Source: Octopus sinensis
Lineage: Eukaryota
Direction of reading: 5' to 3'
NCBI RefSeq assembly: GCF_006345805.1
Contig: NW_021823586.1
Coordinates: 1-21,565, forward strand
Length of the DNA stretch: 21,565 bases
Position numbers and translations under genes: made by a program. The notes below the pieces were generated by a model. It did not search any database, had not been told where the DNA came from, and saw only the letters and a list, made by a program, of their open reading frames with translations. Numbering within the stretch: the stretch's first letter is position 1; every line of letters begins with the position of its first letter. Of this stretch, positions 1 to 8,644 are shown in pieces.

Positions 1-448
1 CCACTCACTGAGTACAGATCAGACGATAAATGAGAGAAGCCCCAATAATTTCACGGAGGTAAAAGTCGGTGGTTACGGCTTGACACATTTTTTGCCAGGG
101 GTGGTGATTGGGTATCCGTTTGGTCCCTTTTGGCAGTATCTGGTTTTACAGACAAGTAAATATGTGTCACAATTGATAACGGAGGTCAGTTCCACCATAA
201 TAAAACTCTGAGTGATGCCAATCACCAACCGTCTGCCTCCCTCCGATCCTTAAATGCCAACACCTAGCAGGATGGCAAGGAGTACCATTGTTTAACAGTC
301 GCGGTTACGACTCGGCGGTTAACGCCTACCGCCCTCCCCAGGTGGGTGTTTGCTTGATCCCAGAGGCGATTATTAATTGACAGATGGTGATGCATTGGCA
401 AAAATGGAACCCTCGCGATCTTTTAGGTTTTATTTCTATCACGAAAAA

Positions 449-752
449 TCTTTATATATAAAATTGAAGTTGTGTGTGAGACTCTGTCTCCTCCGAATCA
501 GATTCCTAACTACTCCCACATTTTGCAGTGCAGTTTAACCAAAATCGGGTATTTTATAGTCGTCATTCATATCGAGCCCTTCTGGGTATTAGCGCGCGTC
601 TACAATGAGTCTACGATTTTAAAAAAATTTACCATCATTTTTCCGCATTTTTTATGATTTTTGCTCGGGTTATATAATGGAAGTAACTCTCTAAAAATGC
701 TTATATAGTTATTTCCCTTACAAACACGAGCAACGCCGGGCGATACTGCTAG
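449..752 (+). mobile_element. Non-autonomous Helitron, copy 1
   Basis: Starts TC (449) after A and ends CTAG (749-752) before T, i.e. A|T insertion with no TSD. Subterminal GC hairpin acacgagcaacgccggg, partly mutated. Roughly 90% identical to 1937-2239. Confidence 0.8.
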
Positions 753-1372
753 TGAAATATATTAGGAACAACTCAACCTAATCAATCCTCCCCGTCTCGG
801 CGAGAAGCTTGATAGTCCAGCATGTTGAACATATAAATCATCGGTCGTATCCCTAGTATGAAATGTCTAGTTCTTGGGATATTATATATTAAGTGCCACT
901 TTCGTACTTGTCGGCTTATCACCATGTCTCTGTCTATTAGAGTCGATGTAATTGTCTTTCAACTTTAACCCCCGTAAGTCTAATTCTATAGAGAAAACGA
1001 GGGCAATGAGAGAAAATATACGGGCGATAATGCCAGTTATACGTGGTTTTACGCAGTTTAGGGAGACAAAGATGAAAGGAAATGGTTTAGAGCGAGTGAT
1101 GGGGATGAGAGGAGGAGAGATAGTTATATAGAATGTGTCCTGTTGGGGATGGGACATAACCTGCTAGTTCAGTGAGACAGAAGCTTTTGCAGTAACAGGA
1201 GAATTGACAAAAGGAGGCAACACAGTTTTGTGTGAGAAGTTTATCTGACAACAACAGAAATACATTATGGACGCTAATAATGTCCCATAACCGGCATACC
1301 AAAATATCAAGATGAATCTGTATGGCAAAGTGTATCGTCTGCTTAAAAGATGTCGACCGTTAAAACATCCAA

Positions 1373-1710
1373 TTTCTTTATTAGCCACGAGGGCCCAAAC
1401 ATAGAGGGGGGCAATACAGCCTGATTGGGATCAGACACACAATGATTATATGACTTTTAAAATTTTACAAAATATAATGAAATCGAATGAGATACAACAA
1501 GGACGAAATACAAACATGAGATGAAGCAGAGAGATGGCTTACGCTCCGACCCCACGAGCCCATTCTCCTACTGAAACTTTTGTATGCAGACTTCTGACAT
1601 GTTCACGAGGGATCTTTCATTCCCAGCACCCTCGTAACATGTAACCATCTTTCTTTGAACATTTTCTTTGAATGGCATCTTCGCCCTCATTAGGTGGGTA
1701 TTTTTCTTGA
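1373..1710 (-). mobile_element. 3' end of an L1/Tx1-like LINE (ORF2 C-terminus, 3' UTR, polyA signal)
   Basis: Minus frame 1677-1603 reads CHSKKMFKERWLHVTRVLGMKDPS*, resembling the F-x-x-RW C-terminus of Tx1/L1 ORF2. A U-rich UTR follows, ending in AATAAA (1382-1377). Clade assignment is from memory. Confidence 0.45.
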
Positions 1711-1936
1711 TTCAATGTGTGGTAGTATTAATTAATAGAAGGTAATAATTTATTAGCCAGAGGAAAATCACACCGACTTATTAGTCCCGTGTGTCTAACA
1801 AAAAGATAATAAACAACTTATGGCAATTAATTCCCACCAGCAGCAGCTTCTTAGTGGGGACTTATGCTGCCCTGCATCTCCAACATACAAAAAGAGATGT
1901 CGTTAGTAAAGTCGACTATGTCTACCTGAGAGGACA

Positions 1937-2239
1937 TCTTTATATATAAAACTGAAGTTGTATGTGTGTCTGTCTCCTCTGATTTAGATTCCTAACTACT
2001 CCCACATTTTGCGGTGCAGTTTAACCAAAAGCGGGTATCTTATAGTCATCATTCATATCGAGCCTTTCTGGGTATTAGCGCGCGTCTAAGATGAGTCTAC
2101 GATTTTAAAAAAATTACCATCATTTTTTCGTTTTTTTAATGCATTTTTTGCTCGGTTTATATAAGGGAAGTAACTCTCTAAAAATGCTTACATAGTTATG
2201 TCCCTTACAAACCCGAGCAACACCGGGCAATACTGCTGG
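1937..2239 (+). mobile_element. Non-autonomous Helitron, copy 2
   Basis: TC start after A; CTGG (CTRR) end before T; hairpin cccg-agcaacac-cggg about 12 nt before the end; same family as 449-752. Confidence 0.8.
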
Positions 2240-2401
2240 TTAAATATGTTAGGTGAGATGTTTCAGAGTGAGGATCATTCCCAGAATTCATTACGAACAG
2301 GTCTCGTGACAGCCACTAACTGTATTGTGCTACAGAGGACAAATTCTTTTATACCTTTTATTTTTATATATATCATCATCATCATCATCATCATCATTAT
2401 C

Positions 2402-2553
2402 AGAGTTCAGATCCTGCCGAGGTCAACTTAGCCCCCTTCATCCCCTCGGGCTCGATGAAAGAATGTACCAGTCATGTACAGGTATCAGTATTATCGAATA
2501 CACCATCTTACTCTTCAGAATTGCTGGCCTTGTGCCTAACTCAGAAATCCTTA
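2402..2553 (+). mobile_element. 5'-truncated old SINE (family A-related, from B box to tail)
   Basis: gagttcagatcctgccgaggtcaacttagccc...tcgatgaaagaatgtaccag aligns to the B box and body of the SINE at 14855-15085. Confidence 0.65.
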
Positions 2554-2901
2554 TATCATCATCACCATCATCACCATCATCATCATCATCATCACATCAT
2601 CATCACCACCACCACCACCATCATCATCACCACCACCATCATCATCATCACCATCATCATCATCACCATCACCATTATCATCATCATTATCATCATCATC
2701 ACCACCATCATCATCATCACCACCATCATCATCATCATCACCACCATCATCATCACCACCATCATCATCATCATCATCATCATCACCATCATCATCATTA
2801 TCATCATCATCATCATCACCATCATAATCATCAACATCATCATCATCATCATCACTATCATCATCACTATCACCATCATCATCGTCATCATCATCATCAT
2901 C
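2554..2901. repeat. ~350-bp imperfect (CAT/CAC)n microsatellite; short (ATC)n also at 2372-2397
   Basis: Direct reading. Generates the spurious poly-His, poly-Ile and poly-Met ORFs. Confidence 0.97.
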
Positions 2902-3378
2902 GACAGTTGCTTATCTCTTGGAAATTATTGTATAGAGAGGGAAAAGAGCGGCTGTAGTGGGGAAAATTGTAGGAAAAGTGTGGGGAAAGTGTGGGGAAAG
3001 TGAAGAAACGTATGAGAATATCAAGTAAAAGTCTGAAGAAAGTTTGAAGGAAAACACGAGAAGGAAAAGAAAAAGTTAAGAGATAGGAAGAAACAGTCGG
3101 CAGAGAATAAGATAAATGAGGATAATGTTGAGAAAAGGTTAGGTAGGGTGGGGAAAAGTCAAGGCTACTTGAACTTCTCAAAGGATAACCATTGATTGTT
3201 AATTACTATATCTGGTTGTTGCACTGTCTTCCCCAATCAAGATTCAGGGCCTGAATAACCCTCTTCCAGCATCTCTAGATTAGAACATTCATGGGTAGGA
3301 TGCTGGTCTACTTAACATCTGGTACACCTTTTATTATCAATATCCATATTCAGCAAGACTGGAGAATGAAGATGAGTT

Positions 3379-3981
3379 ATACCTATTTCTTTACTACCCA
3401 CAAGGGGTTAAACACAGAGGGGACAAACAAGGACAGACAAACGGATTAAGTCGATTATATCGACCCCAGTGTGTAACTGGTACTTATTTAATCGACCCCG
3501 AAAGGATGAAAGGCAAAGTCGACATCGACGGAATTTGAACTCAGAACGTAACGGCAGACGAAATACCTATTTCTTTACTACCCACAAGGGTCTAAACACA
3601 GTGAGAACAAACAAGGACAGACAAACAGATTAAGTCGATTACATCGACCTCAGTGTGTAACTGGTACTTATTTAATCGACCCCGAAAGGATGAAAGGCAG
3701 AGTCGACCTCGGCGGAATTTGAACTCAGAACATAACAGCAGACGAAATACCTATTTCTTTACTGCCCACAAGGGGCTACACACAGAGGGAACAAACAAGG
3801 ACAGACAAAGGATTAAGTCGATTACATCGACCTCAGTGTGTAACTGGTACTTAATGTATCGACCCCGAAAGGATGAAAGGCAAAGTCGACCTCGGCGGAA
3901 TTTGAACTCAGAACGTAACGGCAGACGAAATACCGCTAAGCATTTCGCCCGGCGTGCTAACGTTTCTGCCAGCTCGCCGCC
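3379..3981 (-). mobile_element. tRNA-derived SINE family A, tandem trimer (one head, three ~184-bp bodies)
   Basis: Head ggcggcgagctggcagaaacgttag at 3981. Body units begin at 3379, 3563 and 3747, each with B box gagttcaaattcc. Flanked by a 17-bp TSD tgaagatgag(t/c)tatacc (3367-3383 and 3983-3999). Confidence 0.92.
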
Positions 3982-4537
3982 TTGAAGATGAGCTATACCA
4001 TCACACCTTGTAGTTCGTCAGTACTGAAACAAGGCTTCATTGAATATCAAGAGATGTTTCCATATCTCCACCATTCCACCATTCTTCTAGTCTGTTATCT
4101 ATTAACACCTATAGAATACACCGATGAGAAATTATTAGCTGGCTGTTCAATGATATGCCGTTGTGCCACAAAGATGTTACAATGTAACATGGAAGGCATG
4201 CAGTTACTCGATCCTTTGATGGACCAACAAAGAGTTACATGGTACAATGGGATGCACACAGTCACTCGATGCTCCCACCTACCATCGGTGTAATACAAAG
4301 AGCCATGAAAAGTAGTACGGTTCCTCGTTGTTCCGGTGTACCTACAGCCTAGGTGTTACGACGTATAATGAAAGGTACACAGTCCCTTGATAATCAGGGT
4401 ACGACCGTCTAAGGTGTTAGAAGCCATCATGAAAGTACATAGTCCCTGACGTTCCGGTGTAACACCTGATAATGTACTATAGACAGTCATTTGATGTTCT
4501 GGTGTACCATATGTGCAGCCGTTACATGACATCATGT

Positions 4538-5129
4538 TCTGTTTTTCATTCGACGGTCATTCGGAGTGCTCACAGCAGCCATATTCCTATCGCTCTATGC
4601 CACGCTGGTGAGACCCATATTGGAGTACGGGATTCAAGCCTCTTCTCCTTATCTCCTCAAAGACATACAGCATCTCGAAAGAGTCCAGAAGCTAGCTACC
4701 CGCATGGTTCTTTATCTCAAGCATTTGTCTTATGAAGAAAGGCTGAAGACGCTCGACCTTTATTCTCTAGAAAAACGCCGACGCCGTGGAGATCTCATTC
4801 TTGCTCACAACATCATAAGCGGAAAGTGTAACCTCTCGAAAGAGCTGTTCTTCACTCCTGCTCCAGGGCGTCGGCTGCGGGGTCACTCCGAAAAGCTCTA
4901 TCTGCGACGATTTCATCTCAATGGAAGGAGAGGGGCTTTCTCCGTCCGGGTTGCGGATCCGTGGAATAAGCTGCCGGACGAGATAGTGAAGATGCCGACG
5001 ACCGCTCGGTTCAAAGTCTCCCTTGACCACAAGTGGCCTGAACTCTTTACATGAACACCACCCTGTAAATAATTCCATGTCCCCCTACGTGGCCTTGCTT
5101 TTTGCTTTTTGAGCCAAATAATTAACTTA
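4538..5129 (+). mobile_element. 5'-truncated CR1/L2-type LINE (ORF2 C-terminus and 3' UTR)
   Basis: Open frame 4539-5054: LFFIRRSFGVLTAAIFLSLYATLVRPILEY...LERVQKLATRMV...SYEERLKTLDLYSLEKRRRRGDLI...RGH...FSVRVADPWNKLP. Tail ttaacttaa; 9-bp TSD acatcatgt (4529-4537 and 5130-5138). Confidence 0.93.
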
Positions 5130-5665
5130 ACATCATGTCATATACATATCTCCTTGCAGTTTTTCGATGTGCAATCAGGCAATGCGTCATATGATACCTT
5201 AGAAGGTACACAATCCTTTGATGTTTTGTTGTACCGTCTGTGAATTTCTTACAAAGTACATTGGAAGAAATATAGTCATTTCATGTTCCCTTGTACCACA
5301 AACAAAGGTGTTACAAGAAACAGTCTCTTGCTACTCCAGTGCACCCTCTGCCAAGGTTTAGGAGGGTACTCTGGAAGGTACGCTCTTACTTGATGTTCCG
5401 TTTCCCTTCATTCAAAAGGTTACAGTGTACTACGGAACGTGTACACACACCTGTCGTTTTGTCGTACCTTCTGCCAAGGTGTTGCAAGTTACCTCGAATG
5501 GTACGTGTCCCCTTCGTGTTGCAGGGCCCTCTCGTGAAAACTGCCATGGAAGGTATACTCATCCTAAGTGTACCCATGTACCACAAATGTACATGGTAGC
5601 ATAAAAATATGCATTTCCTTGATATTCCACCAAAGAGTGTTACAAGCTACAAAGGAATTTATGCA

Positions 5666-5838
5666 GTCGCAGGAGTGGCTGTGTGGTAAGTAGCTTGTTT
5701 ACCAACCACATGGTTCTGGGTTCAGTCCCACTGCGTGGCACCTTGGGCAAGTGTCTTCTACTATAGCCTCAGGCCGACCAAAGCCTTGTGAGTGGATTTG
5801 GTAGACGGAAACTGAAAGAAGCCCGTCGTATATATGTA
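5666..5838 (+). mobile_element. SINE family B, 5' half only
   Basis: tRNA-like head gcaggagtggctgtgtggtaag...gggttcagtccc, running to the central (TA) spacer and fused to the next element. Confidence 0.9.
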
Positions 5839-6191
5839 TTTGACTGCGGCCATGCTGCAGCACCGCCTTTAGTCGACCCCGGGACTTATTCTTTATAAGC
5901 CCAGTACTTATTCTATCGGTCTCTTTTGCCAAACCGCTAAGTGACGGAGACGTAAACACACCAGCATCGGTTGTCAAGCAATGCTAGGGGGACAAACACA
6001 TACACACACATATATATATACATATATACGGCAGGCTTCTTTCAGTTTCCGTCTACCAAATCCACTCACAAGGCATTGGTCGGCCCGGGGCTATAGCAGA
6101 AGACACTTGCCCAAGATGCCACGCAGTGAGACTGAACCCGGAACCATGTGGTTGGTTAGCAAGCTACTTACCACACAGCCACTCCTGCGCC
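5839..6191 (-). mobile_element. SINE family B, near full length (3' tail clipped)
   Basis: Reverse complement matches 10883-11319 end to end except for the last ~25 nt. Confidence 0.92.
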
Positions 6192-6414
6192 TACCAATGT
6201 TTTGCAAGGTACCATGGAAGGTACATTCATTTGAGGTATAGTCGTACCATGGAGGATCCATATTTTCTACATCTCCCTCTGTGCCACCAAGGTGTTACAA
6301 AGTAACGTGAAAGGCATAACGTCTTCTGGTGTTCCGGTGTGCCAGCAGCCAAGACGTTACTAGGTACGTGGAAATATACGCTCCACAGATGTTCCAATGT
6401 ACCACGTATGAAGG

Positions 6415-7949
6415 TGTCATATCAATGTTCTTGGCGTGTATTCCTAAGTGTCAAGTTATTTATTTTTACACAAGTGTATATATTTTAGACCAAGTCAGTA
6501 TCGTTACTTTCATATGTCGATTGTAAACTTAAACGAGACTTCATGCAAGGAAGAAATGATGAAACGTAGAACAGATAACAACTAAATAGTTCATACCACT
6601 CAGATCTATTGAACCAAATTGAATGCGTACCTTCCAAGGTACTTTGTAATATATAAGGAATATTGTGTCCATGGAAATATACGCTCCACAGATGTTCCGA
6701 TGTACCACGTATGAAGGTGTCATGATAGGTACAAGGTACGTAGGCATTTTGGTGTACCTTCTGTGAAAGTGTTACAGAGTACCACAGAAGGAACATAGTC
6801 CCGTGATTTTCCGCTGTACCTCACCAAGATATTACAAATTATCATGGAAGGTACACAAACCTTCCATGTTTCATATACCACTAACCAAGGCGATACAAAG
6901 AATCACGAGAAGTCCCACAATGTTCCGATGAATCACGTATGAAATTGTTATTAGGAGAATAGCATGCTATTTTGATGTTCCAAGGTGTCACCAGCAAAAC
7001 TTTTTCACAGATATATGGAAGGCACACAGAACCTTGATATTTTGGTGTTCCGTGGAAGTATATACTCTTCAGAAGTTCCAATGTACCAACTATCAAGGAG
7101 TTACAATATACCATGGAAGGTACCTTATCCTTTGATGTTCCGTGATACCACCAACCGAAGTGTTGCAAGTTACCCTAGAAGGTACCTGCAAAGTTGGCCT
7201 CAGCGGGATTTGAACACAGAATATAATTGAAAAGTAACGCACTGTGTTTAATCTCACGCGCTAAAGTTTCTGGCATTTAACCGTCCATGGTGCCAATTAA
7301 CACCTTGGTGATGGAACACCAAAATATCAAGGTTCTGTGTGCCTTCCATGTATCTGTGAAAAAGTTTTGCTGATGACACCTTGAAACATCAAAATAGCAT
7401 GCTATTCTCCTAATAACAATTTCATACGTGATTCATCGGAACATCGTGGGACTTCTCGTGATTCTTTGTATCGCCTTGATTAGTGGTATATGAAACATGG
7501 AAGGTTTGTGTACCTTCCAAGATAATTTGTAATATCTTGGTGAGGTACAGCGGAAAATCACGGGACTATGTTCCTTCTGTGGTACTCTGTAACACTTTCA
7601 CAGAGGGTACACCAAAATGCCTACGTACCTTGTACCTATCATGACACATTCATACGTGGTACATCGGAACATCTGTGGAGCGTATATTTCCATGGACACA
7701 ATATTCCTTATATATTACAAAGTACCTTGGAAGGTACGCATTCAATTTGGTTCAATAGATCTGAGTGGTATGAACTATTTAGTTGTTATCTGTTCTACGT
7801 TTCATCATTTCTTCCTTGCATGAAGTCTCGTTTAAGTTTACAATCGACATATGAAAGTAACGATACTGACTTGGTCTAAAATATATACACTTGTGTAAGA
7901 ATAAATAACTTGACACTTAGGAATACACGCCAAGAACATTGATATGACA
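6415..7949. repeat. Long inverted duplication: arms 6415-7051 and 7313-7949 (637 bp each), 261-bp spacer
   Basis: Manual alignment gives 9 mismatches (7 transitions) and no indels. The ORF track shows the same 103-aa and 68-aa ORFs on opposite strands. Confidence 0.97.
7200..7275 (-). mobile_element. Highly decayed SINE family A head in the palindrome spacer
   Basis: gggatttgaacacagaatataa...cgcgctaaagtttctggca resembles ggaatttgaactcagaacgtaa...cgtgctaacgtttctgcca (3897-3971). Confidence 0.5.
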
Positions 7950-8052
7950 TATGTTCACAATATCTGCGTTATAATAGCATACAGGACGATAACGGAAATA
8001 GAGTATATGGAAGCACATATAGCGCTTAAAGCATAATTATATGTGTGTATGT

Positions 8053-8475
8053 AAGGCGGCGACCCGGCAGAAATGTTAGCACGCCGGGCGAAATGCGTAG
8101 CCGTATTTCGTCTGCCGCTGCGTTCTGAGTTCAAATTCCGCCGAGGTCGACTTTGCCTTTCATCCTTTCGGGGTCGGGGTCGATACATTAAGTACCAGTT
8201 ACACACTGAGGTCGATGTAATCGACTTAATCCCTTTGTCTGTCCTTGTTTGTTCCCTCTATGTTTAGCCCCTTGTGGGTAGTAAAGAAATAGGTATTTCG
8301 TCTGCCGTTACGTTCTGAGTTCAAATTCCACCGAGGTCGACTTTGCCTTTCATCCTTTCGGGGTCGATAAATTAAGTACCAGTTACGCACTGGAGTCGAT
8401 ATAATCCACTTAATTCGTTCGTCTGTCCCTGTTTGTCCCGTCCGTGTTTCGCCCCTTGTGGGTAATGAAGAAATA
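8053..8475 (+). mobile_element. SINE family A, tandem dimer (one head, two bodies)
   Basis: gtatttcgtctgcc recurs at 8103 and 8293. 15-bp TSD tatatgtgtgtatgt (8038-8052 and 8476-8490), in low-complexity sequence. Confidence 0.9.
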
Positions 8476-8644
8476 TATATGTGTGTATGTGAGTGTGAGT
8501 ATGTGTTTATGTGCATGTGAGCGTGTGTTGTGTATGTTTCAAACATTAATAGACATTTCTACAAGTGTATACGTAAGACCAAACCAATAAAACCACTTTG
8601 AAATTCTCAATGTAAACTTAAACAATTTTTACATATTTTCTTCT

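Larger units (their letters stand above)
4150..7190 (+). repeat. Decayed ~61-bp tandem repeat (minisatellite/satellite), interrupted by LINE and SINE insertions; inverted portion at ~7280-7740
   Basis: The anchor ggaaggtac or variants recur at about 4191, 4370, 4430, 5373, 5434, 5495, 6309, 6370, 6786, 6846, 7054, 7115 and 7177 (spacing 58-62). Approximate consensus ccatggaaggtacacagtcctttgatgttccggtgtaccaccaaggtgttacaagtta. Confidence 0.85.

Noticed and set aside
1-430. Possible decayed SINE core on the minus strand (tgttaaaacaatggtactccttgccatcctgctaggtgttggcatt)
   Set aside because: The resemblance is too weak, with no second copy, boxes or TSD in the window.
2957-2997. G-quadruplex candidate (gtggggaaa repeats)
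   Set aside because: Only three G4 runs plus a GG with a long loop; marginal and not distinctive.
2325-3003. Poly-His, poly-Ile and poly-Met ORFs (210, 182 and 102 aa)
   Set aside because: They are translations of a (CAT)n tract, which has no stops in these frames. The N-terminus is SINE sequence.
4150-7190. Satellite read as a CRISPR array or as a 20-aa coding repeat (TMEGTQSFDVPVYHQGVTS)
   Set aside because: Whole monomers are homologous, with no constant repeat and unique spacer, no cas genes and a eukaryotic context. Periods of 58-62 bp break frame and stops are frequent.
6485-7879. Duplicated 103-aa and 68-aa ORFs
   Set aside because: A consequence of the inverted duplication of satellite DNA; no coding features.
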